From contig CM121341.1 in the NCBI GenBank assembly GCA_051530055.1, positions 18,516,784 through 18,580,783 on the forward strand: DNA of 64,000 bases, written 5' to 3'. Source of the DNA: Neoechinorhynchus agilis. Its lineage: Eukaryota > Animalia > Acanthocephala. A model generated the notes under the pieces. That model saw only the letters and a list, made by a program, of their open reading frames with translations, made no database searches and had not been told where the DNA came from. Numbering within the stretch: position 1 is the first letter of the stretch; the number at the start of each line of letters is the position of its first letter. Positions 46,494-59,869 of this stretch are shown one piece after another. A program made the translations under genes and the position numbers.

Positions 46494-49175
46494 CTAAACA
46501 CGATATAGGTGATTTATTTGATTGGCTCACATTAAGTCAAAGAAGATTATGATGAATAGATAAACAGAATTTTGGGAGTGACTAAAATGCAATAAATCAT
46601 AATATTGGATGGCCGATTGAAAATTCATCATGCAAATAAGGTAGGTCAGTTGTTTGTTTACATGTTTCCTACGTGGTGAGGTCAACATGTCTGCGAATTG
46701 GTTCCTGAATGAGTCGAAATATAATCTAACAACTGCTAACATAATAGTAATTATAAAAAATGGCGCTCGTTCGGTATAAAAAGAGATAATCTGGTAAAGA
46801 AATGGCATCTTGTTAGGCTGCATACGATGCGAGAAATGAAATTTAAGAATGGCTGAGTGCGCATTGCGTTAGGAACAGCTGATTTGCCCTGCACAGTATA
46901 CTCACCCATCCGATTCCGGCGTTCCGCACCACGGTCGGACAGCAGTTGTGTTTTTGCACGGAGCGTAAAGTCGTCTCAAATATCAACCACGCACGCGAAT
47001 TTGCCTTTAGCTTGGTATTTTATGGTTCTCTGGCGTTGGCTCGATTCAGTTACAGTAATGGCACAGAGGTGGTACCAGTGCTTCCTTATCAAAGATTCGC
47101 AGCAACCTTTGCATTAAGCGTGACTTGGTAGCATATGCGCTTATGCTGCACCTAATTATTTCTTGGTCTGCCTTTTATTGGCTGCAGCAGAACGCGCTGA
47201 GGATCCAGCCATTCATAAGTCAGTCTTCCAGCTATTCCGTCACCATCAAACCGATGCGCTTGATCAATTACTGAGGCAAACAATGCAGTTGAAGCGTATG
47301 GAATTCGTCTCCCAAACTTCAACCGCGATATAAACATCTGGCTAAATGCCCAAATAAAGTGTCGCAAAAACTTGCAAGGGTGAACCTCGGAATGCTATCG
47401 GCTAGACAACACCGAGGGCGGAGATAATAAACTGTCAAGGCGAAGAATATCATCGCTGATGACAATCTATGCTTTAATGGCGAATTCGAGTAAATAATGT
47501 TGAATACTTTCCATCCGAGCATTTTGAGTTCATAATAAATGTTTTATTTCGTTCATATATATAAATTTGTTGATAAAAAAATGGTTTTAAGCTTCACTTT
47601 TTATTGTATTGTTTGCGAAACATTAGCGTCTTATCAAGTTGACTGCGTAGAAAATTATTGAAGTGTTTTTGGGTAAGCATGGTTATTTCTAGGAATGCAT
47701 ATAAAACAAAAAATCAAATCTTTTAATTATTTTATGTTTCTCCGAGATTTTCTATTATGTCACTTACTCAATTTTTTGTCGTATTTTCATATTTATTGAC
47801 GGTTTCCATTTTTAAAATTCCACGCAATAGAATTGCCTACCAGATATCGTATCTCACAATCATTGTGTTTATATGTTTGCTCGTAATATAAAGGTCAATC
47901 TCATCGTACAAATTGATCAATTAAAACCCAAATTTCTTTGTCGGTTTTTCTTCTATATTGTACCTTCTGATTTGCGTTAAGCTAAATAGCTCGAATGCCT
48001 AATTACACTGAGAATTACTTCAATAATTTTTCTTCGCTTTGATGATACCGCTTTTTGTAATAGGATACCGTATCGAACAGCTCATCAGTGACAGCTATTG
48101 TCCCCTAGTGTACATGACTTCAATACGGTTCATTTAGACTTAGTATTAATCCGTCACGCTAATTTTTGCAATATTAAAAACCCTCTCTATTAAAAAAATG
48201 GAACAAAGTATTCGTTTGTGATTTGTTCCGATCCTTTCTGTTAAATGTTAATGATGGTTGCTCGATAGGAGGCGGTCTTCGTCTGACATTAAAAAAGATC
48301 ATTAAACTATGCCATTGGCGAGGCGCCTCATTACTGATCGGTACGTGCAGGTGAAGTTACTCGGTGTGGATGTCAAGCTTGACACCGCGTCATTTATCAA
48401 ATTCCGAGCGATGTAAATATTGAGACTAGGAAAATAAGGAAAATGATAATGATAATGGTTGTGTAATGTAGCAGTTGAGAACTTAAACCACGGAGGTCAG
48501 AAAAGTTTATTTTAAAAACATATTGCACGAGTAGATTTTATTTTATGTCCGCTAGGTGCTTTTTGGTCTATGGCCAAAATTATTCGGAGCTTATAATATG
48601 CGCATGTTTCTTATTCGTCCAAGCAAAAACCACTTTTACAATATTATTTTTCCTGCTAGAAGTTTTAAGATCTTTTATTCTATAAAATACCCTATGCTTT
48701 CATGGATTGCATTCAGGGAATGAAATTATTAATTGTCCTGGCAACTTTACGCTTAACCTCCTCATATTTAAAAACTTACCCGCAATGTCTGAAGAGGACT
48801 GCATGCGGTCGAAAATTTACAATAAATCATATATCGGGGAGGTTAAGAGTAAAGTTGCCAGAACAATTAATAATATTCTATGCGTACTGCATCGATTTTA
48901 AACTTCTTGTGCGCGTTTTAAGTTAATGGACATTTAGCGTTAATTTATAGTAATAAGGATTTAGGACAAACAACACGAAATGGATTAAATTGGCAGCATT
49001 TATCTATCACATAAGCTATCGGCAATTTTTTAAATGCTTTAAAATATTTTTTATATAAGCAATAAGCAAGAAAACTGCGGCTCCACAGAACATTATCTTC
49101 CAAAACTGGTAAATTTTAATAAATTTTTTGGAATCCAAAACAAAAAAAAATGTCGATATGTGAGGTACCGGGGAA

Positions 49176-49215
49176 TAAACTGATGATGAACCCGACAAGG
49201 TTCGAAACGTCTTTA
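49176..49215 (+). ncRNA. Minimal type I hammerhead ribozyme (Penelope pLTR type), core intact
   Basis: TAAA-CTGATGA-T-GAACC(CGACAA)GGTTC-GAAA-CG-TC|-TTTA; palindromic ACGT stem III; predicted cleavage after C49211. Confidence 0.75.
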
Positions 49216-49537
49216 ATAAATAATCATTTACCGGGTGGAGGTATAAACAATAACTTAAAAAAATCATCCTAAGTAATCAAAATTTAAGCTTTAATTGCTG
49301 TATAATGGAATTTTTTGTCGAAATAAAAACTTGCATCGTTCAAAATTAGTGGCAGAATGACTGGTAGAACTTAAATGAGATTAATTCTTAGTGTATCAAG
49401 CAATTCGCTGATCTAGATGGATTGCCTGAAGCGATTACTATTGGTTTGGTTAGGCGAAAAAAATTTAATTTTATTAATACGTCTATTTATTAAAACTTTT
49501 TTTTAGCAAGAGCATACATAATTTATAGTTTCTTCGA

Positions 49538-49649
49538 CGCCCCTATTCATCGGCGCAGGCCAAAATGCTAGCCGCATTGCCCCGCTGCACCGCAATGCTT
49601 ATTTTTTGGGCTAGGAACGAAGTCGATCTTGGCTCTCCAGTCGCCGTGT
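49538..49649. repeat. ~110-bp hairpin repeat, copy 2
   Basis: Near-identical to 10164-10275. Confidence 0.85.
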
Positions 49650-50143
49650 GGGACTTCTTCAGAATTGTTATGCTGTTGATACTCTGAGAGCGAAAACAAT
49701 TCTGAAGTTACACGTAGAGGGCGAAATATTAATAAAATTAATACAAGGAAAATATTGATAATTTATGTGTTAGCTAATGTTGGGTGTTAAACTTTAAAAC
49801 TTAACTTCTTTTCTCCGGTGTTTAAACTAAAAACGGTTAACGACATCTCGTTTAATCATTATCATATTCTTTTTTTTTCAAACATTATCATATTGATTCA
49901 AGCTGGCCTTTAAAAATCTTTGATCTAAAATTTTATATAGAAAGGTAAAAAAATATCAAAAGCGTGACAGCGACAGCCGAGGAAGGAGCGAAGCTCCATT
50001 TTTGCGGACGGTGGTGATTGCACGTTTTGTACTTTTAATTGCTTAGAATATAGAAAGGTTATATTTGTTGCTAGGCAACAAGGCAACAAATAGCGAGTAA
50101 TTGCGTTGAAAAATTGATTGTATCTTGACTCTTAAATCTTAAC

Positions 50144-53100
50144 ATGACTCGTCAGACAGAAATGAAGACGAATACTGGCAATCCCAAAATCACTGACGAT
50201 GGAGATTTTGACGTTTCGAGAAGGGATATTATGAATGAGTGCAACATGAACTTAATATTCGGTCAATCATCTGATGGCTTCGTCCCTTTTTCAAGTGCTC
50301 GCATCGGCGTACTGAAAAACAAGGAGGGTTTTGGGAACGTGGAATTTCTTGATGACCAACTTGTCTGTAAAAGGATGAAGAATGTACAAAAGGAAATGGA
50401 TGAAATTAATCTGATTGGTAATTCTAGTTTTATTGATCTAGTTGATCCAATTGGGTGGAATGAGTTTAAAGAAATTGACGAATATCGAGATTTGCACGAC
50501 CAGGCAGTTCATGAAAGTAGTGAAGCTTATCTCCAATCAAAAATCGAGCAAGATAGTGAATCCTTTTATTTCGATAATATGTGGAATATTGATTCTGATT
50601 ATAAAATCGAGGAATTTAAGCCGCGTCTTCGAAAACAACGTTTGAATTTCTCTTTGTTTTTTCCCGGAGAGAGACGCGACAAAAATTTATTTGATTTTCA
50701 AGATCAATCGAAGATTGAGGAAATCCCAAAACATGCTATGGCCGGTCAATACGTTTTAGTTATTGATGTAGAGCCAACAAATAGAGAGCTGAATTTGCTT
50801 TGCAGTAGAAACTCGTTTGAATACGATGCTGCCGCATTGCCTGAACAAAACGGAAGTAGTTGCCTGCAAGACTTATATTCTAGGCAATTTGTAGACGATT
50901 TAGATTTGTGTAATTCAATGCAACAAATAAGACGCTTTATCGAAGAAGGCACCTTGACTGTAGAGTGTATTTTTGAGCTGCTGTTTATTTGCGAGAACTT
51001 CTGAAAGGTTTAGAGCGGTGCTGGTTGCTATGATAAGCCTTTAAAGAATAGTCACATTTCGTCTTTTGAATATGATCCCTGAATGGTAGCGAATAATTGG
51101 TTAAGTAGAAAACGGACTACGTTTTATACTTTTCTACTATCTAAATAGAATACATTTCAATTTTATTTCAAGAATGGTCCAGTTGCCGTAATTTTTCATT
51201 GGAGATTTTTAATAATAGTATTTTTAAGTATGGGCGGTCTAATACATTATCATTTAATCCCAAGGAATTAAGGGAAACGCTTATTCTGTGTCAATATCAA
51301 AAATACACTATAGAGGAAAAAACAGGATGCAATAACACAAGTCTGGTGAAGACAGTTGAAAGGATAATGAATAATGCAATATTTAGTGATCTCACAAAAG
51401 AACAAAAGCTGATATTCGACTCCTTTTTAACATCTTATAACCTTTTAAATGAAATTAGCAGTGTTAAGTCATTATTCGATCATAATAGTTCAGCGGGCTT
51501 ATTTCGATCTTACACATCATATGTGAAGTCTTGCATGCTCAATCTTCCCAAGGTTACTTATGTCTATTTTTCTCTAAATTAAATTTTTTAACTTTAGATG
51601 AAACGGAGTCCAATCGAACCTCTTAAGAGTCCCCGATTGTTACACTCTTGCATTGATAAAAGGTGGAAAGCTGGATTTCCTGTATACAGTCATCAGGTAT
51701 CAGAAGGAATTCATGATATCTTTCCGTTGCCTACAAAACCCTTCTATATCGATATCCAAATGAATATTGTAATGACTGAGTTCTCAGTGATGCGCTGTTG
51801 AGATAGATTTTTTGACATGCTAAGGCCAAGCGTCGCGCAACTTTTAAGTACTCGGTCTTCTATTTATTTTTGAGATCGTATATAAGGCAAATTGAATCTA
51901 ATAGTTTTTGATATACTTGAAGAATCTTTCACTGACTTCACAATTTAGAATCTTTCGATATCTACTTTATTCAATTTGTGTGATCCATCGGTCGATTACT
52001 GTGAGGCGAAAATGATAGAGTTGAGAATTGCATCAATACTTCGACCAATAATATCGGAGAAATCGAAAAGTAGGCGACTGCTCTCTTTGATTGCCCACAT
52101 GAGCAATAGATTAAACCGCAATTTCAAGATTAAAGAAGCAAAAGGAATTTACGCTGAAATGCAGAGTATAAAACCAAAGTGTACTATTGGTTCATACAGG
52201 TCGTACCGTGAAAAATTCAAGAGGGTAGTTAGTGACGAACTTTTGATTGATATAGATTTCAAAACGTCAGAAAAGTATTGTCTTATGGATGGAAATCTAT
52301 CAGGCTTGAAAGTCGTGTCGAAAACGGAGCTTGGTAGAATGCAGAAGATCTCATGCGATTAAGGACTCGTTGATTCATTTCTCTTCTTTAGAAAAGAAAC
52401 AACGGCTCAATCAAAGTGTTTGGATCTTGATATATTTGACGATGGATACTATAAACTTTTCGTAAAAAGAGCAAGAGTGAGTGCGGAAAGGGAGCCGTTG
52501 TCTGCTTTTACCAACCAAGTCCTCGATATCCATGTAAAAAGAGCTGAAAAAACAGCTGAAAGGTTCATTAAGAATCTGATTGAAGGTCCCTATAGGAATC
52601 GACTGATAGATATATTCATAAAACGACCGATGATGTATAATGTGGACTCAGTGCGTTCGACGCATTCCACCATGGGTTCGGAATCTGTAGATGCGATAAA
52701 TTTTAATGCCTCTAAACCAAGAACCCCTTTCTCGGATTCCAATGTACAAATTGCTTCAATTCACCCATCAAAAACCAGTTTTCATAGAGAAGATAGTTAT
52801 TTTAAAATCGAGGGTTCCGACCTCGAAGCAGAATTGAAAGAAATTCGAAAGTTCATGAGGCAGAAATTCGAGGACACAGATTTTTACAAGTCATTGGAGG
52901 ATCAAACAAACAATTTAGAGAGTCAAAGTTCAGTTTTTTTGGATATATTAGACTGCCTTAAAAGGGTGGAGACAACAGAAATAGCAATCAACACGAAGTC
53001 GATAAGGAAGGTACTTTCTAGACTTAGATGTCAGTTTTTTATTCTTATGTACAATGTATCATGGTTTTGCTTATTGATCTTTCATTGTGTCGATTGAAAT

Positions 53101-54080
53101 CTAAGTTTGACGGGATTTCACAACTCGCTATTCTAATTTCTAATTCGTTCATGCCAAAGTGTTGGATTCAAGATAGACAAAAAATTCGGTAGTTGATCTC
53201 ACTGCAGCGATTTTTTTAACAACAAATACTAATTCCCAAGTCCGATTTGTGCAAGAAAGATCGTCATATTCCTCTTATTATTTATTGAATTGTTTTCAAA
53301 TCCATTTAGATTTCCCGTAGTGTATCTACAAGCACACACAACATCGAAAGCAGCGTGTCAAATATTCAAATCGAGAATGGTATATAATTCACAGCTCTCA
53401 ACAGATACTCATTGGATAATATAATTAATAGGCGAAACGCAATCTAAAGTATCAATTTCCATAAATGCAACTGTTTCCGAAGACAGAAAGCGACTGATAA
53501 GATCTAGGCAAATGGTCGACTATGAATTTATGAAAGGAAAATCTAATTGTAATTCGTTCGATTTAAAAAAATCATGGGAAAATTGTTCGCAAATAAAAAA
53601 AATCGAAGTTCACGAACTTTCAAAATTACTGAAGAATAAAAGGTTCAATGACGAATCTAACTACATACACTTTTATATGGGCAAATCTCCCATTGATGGG
53701 GTCATACATATTCCTTCAAAGAAAATCGAGTCAAACTCATTTTCTATGGGGAAAACATCCAGTAATGCTTTGTTAGCTCAGCAGCTCAAGTTTCAGTTGA
53801 AGAATGGAAAAAGCCTTTCAGAGACTGATCATTATTACGAAGACTTTAAATTGCCAAATAATGAAATTGAATTGACTCTAGTAGACATCGATCAATGTGT
53901 GGTGGAATGCGTGAAAAAAGCACTAAGGAGGAACAATTTCGATGATGTCGACACTTGCATCTCTGCTTTCCTAAACAAAATGATTCTCAATAGAGTCGGT
54001 AAGTTTAATTCCGTAACATCATCTAAATGTTCCATTTTTCAATTCTCATCTTCATAGGTGCTCATTTAACGAGCTGCTAA
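50144..54080 (+). CDS. Large multi-exon orphan gene A
   Basis: Successive ORFs joined in phase by GT-AG introns (51553-51597, ~53011-53105, 53189-53309, 53999-54057); some junctions ambiguous; no domain recognised; may continue into gene B. Confidence 0.6.
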
Positions 54081-54807
54081 GTGCTTTATTACTTCTACTT
54101 ATGCTAAGGACTGTAGAAATTATTACAGTGAAATCAATCGAAGAAATATTTGCAGTGTTTAATATTAGTGCCAATTTTAAAATCATCGATAGAAAATCCT
54201 TCGGGTTAATCAAAGTATAATTTTAAAATGTACTAGATGTTTACTTTATATATGAACATTTGCTTTCCGTACAAAGCACTTTATTGTGAAAATATTCGAT
54301 TTTAAAATATGTATAAATACAATATTTGCTTATTTAGATTCTAAAAATGCTATATTTTGGCAAATTGTAAATCAGCTGTCACAAAATACACGATCAAAAA
54401 TTTTTACATCGTGGTTTCAACATCAGGAAGGACTCGATTCTAACAGGCCTAATAATGAGGTAACTTCTTAACTTCTAGCTTTCTCAGACAAGAATGTGGT
54501 AGTTCATCCAAAACGAGGAGGCAGAATTCGTCAAACAATGCCGAGTGATCTTCAAAGGTTCGTAAAAACATGATACAAATCTTTTTATCTTGAATGATTT
54601 TAATTAAGAAAAGCAGAAACAGGCTTTTGAAGCAGCGAAGAGTACATCTATTTCAAATTACGGAATGCATTTTATAATGGGGTATCCTGCAATTTCAGCA
54701 TTTCGTTTGAAATCAGTTCGATCTTTTAATTGGATTACGGTGAGGTTTTAAGATTCAATTATGCGTAATATTTTTTAACTAAGGGAAAAATAATTGCTAT
54801 TTATTCT

Positions 54808-57800
54808 ATGATGGAAACAGATACCGAGATCTCTGTAATTATTGCGGAAAAGGCAAAAAATTTACGAAAAGGATTAAGACGCTATTTTCCAGAAGAGGTA
54901 GCCACTTCGAATCTAGTGAAATCAAAAGACTGTACCAGGACTCATGAATTGTTAAAAGCTCTTTTAAATTCACTTTATACGCAGTTTGAAAGTATCCTTG
55001 AACGGAAAAGTGATTCCAAAAAGAAATTGAAAGAAAATATGTTGAACACTCTTTTAATGAAACACAAACAAATGGAAAAACACTTATGTATTTTACAGGA
55101 AGTGAAAGGTTTAAAAACAGTGGCTAATTTTACTTGGAATTTTCTTACTGATTTACTTTTGGACATTAATTCTCCTCTTTATTCAAACAAAATAAAGGAC
55201 GCAAAACAAAATGAGTACGATGTGTATAACATTTTAAGCAGCTGTCTGAGTAAAGGTTTAAAAACAACAGCGTCGGAATTTAAGGGTGCAAAATTCAAAG
55301 ATTTGATATCGTACCTGAGAAAAGCTGAGCAGAATCATCGATTTATTTCTGTTGATTTTTTCAATGAAGACGGAGTATGTAAAGACCAATGTACACTGAG
55401 TGAGTTTAGGAGTGCTGTGAAGCAAAGGAAGATTGAGCGACAAAGGGAAAATCTTAAAAATTTATATCGAAACAAAGGTCTAGTAGATACTAATTTACAA
55501 ATGAAAGACAGAGAGATAAAAGAGCTGGAGAAAATTCGCGATGAACTGGAATTGATCAGAAACCGCATTGAAGAACGGGTGGGATTTACGCGAAACGATT
55601 CTCATGAAAAAATGAGTGGCGGCGATTTACTTGTTGTATGGAATCTAGGCGAAAATGAGGTCAATATATTTCTAGAATTTTTATTCTTTAGAACACTGTC
55701 AATTGCAATCGATCAAAGTAAAAATCACCCCGGTGACTTTCTACCTCGCTTATTGTGCAAATACGTAACTTATAGAATCTGATATAGTTCGATCTGCGAA
55801 AATTTTAAACTTAAATAAGAAACCTTCTTTAAAAAATGATATTTTATGATGTGAGTTTCTATTCCAAATTTCGTATTTAGATTCCGATTGCTCAATGGAA
55901 TTCCGATGGAAAGATTTTTAATATTTGTTTTGGAAAAGGAAAAAAGAATCTTTTGGCGGTTTTTAATTTTTCGACCAACGGTTTCATTTCATTTACAATG
56001 TAGATCGCAACAAGTGCTGGTAATATTCATATTATGTTACTGACTGAAAAGGGATTCCAAAAGCGTTTTGAAATCAGGTACGTGTTTACTTATTTTCTGG
56101 TTACATTAGTTCGCATTTAGGAAATTATCGGACAAGGAGGTGTTTGCGGAAATAAAAATCGCAGATATGCAATTCGAAATAGACGACCTAACTCACACTG
56201 AGACTTTAATTGTTGCTACCAATGATGGAAATATTACGAGATATAGGTCGCTTGAAAATTATTGTCGATGGGAGCTCATAGGTTTATATAGTCATTGATT
56301 TTTTTTAACCAGCAGCATTAGTCGGTCCAACAACGCGCAACATAGAGATGATTTTGCAAGAAAATCAAGACTTTATAAATGTAATCAACCCTAAAGATTT
56401 TGCTAACAGAACATCGAAGAAGAAAATCAACAATTTTGTTATTCTATTTCCGCATGGAATTAAACGGTACTGAATTTTTATCCTTAAAGAAAAAACCTAG
56501 TTTTCAGATACCTGAAAGTTTCAAATATATCTGAAATAAGATTGTGTGCTTTTGATGGAAAACTGCTAGTGGAATATTATTCCTTGAGGGTATTGCTCGG
56601 CAGAGAATTTAAAGTCCTACGAAATATTTCCAGGTGCCGATCAAGTCGATAGTGATTTCAAAAGTCAATCCGAGGTTATTCGCTATTCTTCATACCAACA
56701 ATCTTGTTGAATTTTTTTTGGTGGACGAATCTTTACCGATACACCAAATCTACGTAGTTGATGTCGGTGCCATTTTTTTTGTGAAAAACTATAAAACACA
56801 ATAGGCGTTTAATATAAGCTGGTCTTCCAAAATTCAAAGTTGTCTTTATGTGTTTACGTCGAGGGGAATTATTGTCATCCATGTGGGCAATTGTGTCAGG
56901 TATGTGTATATTTAAAAAATAGCATTGCTAAAATTCGAGCTATGGGAGGATAGGATAACGAAAATAGATCTATTACTGCAATTGCCAACATTCAAAGGAG
57001 GAGAAGTGTTAAGTGAAGACAATGTAAGTTTTTCAACTACCTCTAATGGATGAATTATTATGAATGCCAGTTGAGAGACGGGGTCACAACAATTTACTAT
57101 AATGCACAGAATTCTTCACGGTGATCTCGTTTTTATGCGGTGACCTATAAAGCATATTCACCACTTTTTTCGGTTCATCCTGCTGTTAACCAGAGTGAAA
57201 AAAAGAATTGTTATCGAATCTTTTCTCTTAAAGGATGTTTATAAAGAAAATTAGTAAAATCAGTAACCCACCTTCGCATAGATGGTCCTATTGATGAATA
57301 AAAGGGAAGAATTTGAACTATTTGCTTTTGTACAACCACAGGAAAATTTTGAGGTACTGAGTGCAAGTCTAAAAATGAAATTTCCATTCTAAATACAGAA
57401 ACCTATATATGAGCATCGAAAGCAGAAGTGGTACAAAAATCAAGAAGACGTATTAAAACTATTTGATCTCTTGTTAAATCAATCTCAAGACTCCGAAGCA
57501 GATATGGTTGCAAAGCAAAAAACAACAATTTTTGTGAAGTATTATCCCCAAGACGAAGTAAAATCAAAAGTGAAGCAATTACTGAAGGAAAGTGGGTCGA
57601 ATACTTCGACTTCCATAATTGACGACCATGCTGACCTCAGTAATAAAGAAAAGCTAGTAGTTTTCAAGGTGACCCTTGATAATCTAAGGAAGGCGAATAT
57701 AAGTTCGCCAAGTCTTAAAAGGCGACTTTTGGAATGGTCTACTTGGTTGAAGGCGGATCGATGGAGGGAGATTAATTGTAAAGACAATGAAGCGGTTGAA

Positions 57801-58739
57801 ATGGAACCAGAGATCGATAAGGGCAAAGCAGTAGAGTGCGATGGGATTTTGGACTCTTTTATGTTTAAAAAAATTAATAATGATTTGACGGAGACAATAA
57901 CTGAACCGGATGATCTTGTTGATTTTTTGGCAAGAGAGTGTGAACTTGAATTAAATAATGAAAGGGCGCAATATTACAGAAACAAATATTATCGTTATCA
58001 AACGGAAAATATCGATGAGCACTTGGAGATTATGGATCGAGTGAAAAATAAATACATAGGTAACGTTAATGAACAGGCCGCTCTATCATCAGGGCATAAA
58101 CATCCTAAACGATTATCGGGGATAAAGGACGAAATTGATTTATTTGCGCATCGTGATGGTCATAGATCGATTAATTATGCCATCAATGAAAGCGCCATGC
58201 CTAATCGGAATACAATGATAGAAGGAAATCAAGATGCGCTGACATCCAGTTCACGTAAAGGCATTCTCAAAGGTTTGGTGGCAAACGAAAAAGTACCACC
58301 GAGCACTAAGTTCAAACAACAGATTCTCAATGAATATAGAATGCGAGATGCGACTGAGAGATCTGAAAGGAAATCGGAAGAGTATAAAAAAGACATGAGA
58401 AATAGGGAACGTCTTATGTTCAACCCTTTCGCAAAAAAAAGACATTACAACGTTGATGTTCTTAGGTCGTTCGCAGGCAGGTGTATTGCCGAAGCAAATG
58501 CTTTATTTTTTGAAAATAAGGAGGGTTTATGTGAATTCGAAACCGAACTAAAGATTCGCGAAAAAAGAATTACGACACGCGAGAACGAGGATTTAAAAAA
58601 TATGGAAACTTCAAGATATTTACGTGACATTAGAAACTTTATAATTTTAATGCACAAGCACAACCAAGATGATGTTTCAACCGATTATGATAAAACTAAC
58701 GTTATGACAAAAATAAAACAGCAATACGGAGAAATATGA
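54808..58739 (+). CDS. Large multi-exon orphan gene B (coiled-coil-rich ends, many small central exons)
   Basis: Long ORFs 54808-55782 and 57471-58739 linked by small exons with phase-consistent GT-AG introns (56282-56312, 56467-56507, 56590-56633, 56900-56939); junctions near 57100-57280 unresolved. Confidence 0.65.
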
Positions 58740-59039
58740 AGATACCATTTAAGGTTTAAATAAAATTATAATTTTTGAATTTTTATTACATACAAACCAT
58801 GTATAAATCATGCGATAACTGAAGTCGTTATGCTCCTGCTAAGGAATTTTTTGGCAAAAACGTGGATAAGTTAAAGTCGCTAAACTTAAGTTGTTGATAT
58901 ATATTGTTCCACATGACACTAAAATGAGATATATTAATTAAATTTTATATTTGTTTTTATGTGGTGGAAAAATTTGGGTAACGTATTAAATCTGATATTT
59001 CGGCATAATCTTGTGCCTTTACCAAAGTCTAAAAAGCAC

Positions 59040-59830
59040 ATGTGGAGGATGGTTTCATTCACATTGTGCTTAGATTCAGTTTGGAATCCGCCTTATTCCC
59101 TTTAAATGTTTCGACCTGGCGAAGGAATATGGCTTCCATTATAACGCGATTTCATTTGGATTCACTTCGCATCAAAGTGGCGGCACCTCTCCTCCGACCA
59201 TATTTTGGCCCTTCGATTCTCCTTTCCAACTTGTTTATTTGGTCTACATAGGATCTACTGCATTCGGCAGGGAATTCTGTACACCACACCTTTGCTTTCG
59301 TGTTCGTCTCGTTTCTTCATCATGGAGCTTAATGGTATGTATAGCTTTCCTGGTGTGGATACAACAATCTAAGTCTTGGGACGCAGCTCCTTTTGTCAGA
59401 TTGTTAATTGTAGTGAATAATTCATCATCGACGAATGGTCGGCTCTTCACTCACTGTTTTCCTTCCATAGAATGCGCTGCAACTGGCTCTTCTTATCATA
59501 TAGATTGGGTAGCGACTCAATTTCCCCGGAATACCAGTAAGTAGAATGTAACAACAAATACATTCGCCAGCCAAAACCGAAATCCAAAGGCGGAATTGGC
59601 CGAGCACAAGCGATCCAACACGTAACGCGTGGCATCTAATTAAGAAGGTCATCAAACCGGACATGAACGACAAACGAGGTTACCAACTTTCCCTTAAGAT
59701 CTAACGTCCGTGTGAAATCGATATCGACCATGGACGCGTGAGCATAATGACAAGCTCTGGTTTTTATAACTGACAATGAACTCAACGAGGTTTGAAACGT
59801 CTTTAGTAAGAAATTATTTACCGGGTGAAG
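59040..59830 (+). mobile_element. Penelope-like element 3' remnant (GIY-YIG plus pLTR with degenerate hammerhead)
   Basis: ECNNKYI.Q..K / KAELAEHKR near 59530-59615; CTGACAATGAACTCAACGAGGTTTGAAACGTC at 59770-59801, homologous to 49180-49211. Confidence 0.6.
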
Positions 59831-59869
59831 ATCTAAAAAATAATCCTAATCATATACACCGGTGCCTCA

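Noticed and set aside
47152-47522. Two overlapping minus-strand ORFs, possible transposase relic
   Set aside because: No DDE or other diagnostic motif could be identified by eye
51081-51178. 7-bp direct repeat GAATGGT at an exon junction in gene A
   Set aside because: A canonical in-phase solution exists (TG|gtagcg...gtccag|T); no TA repeat or terminal stem
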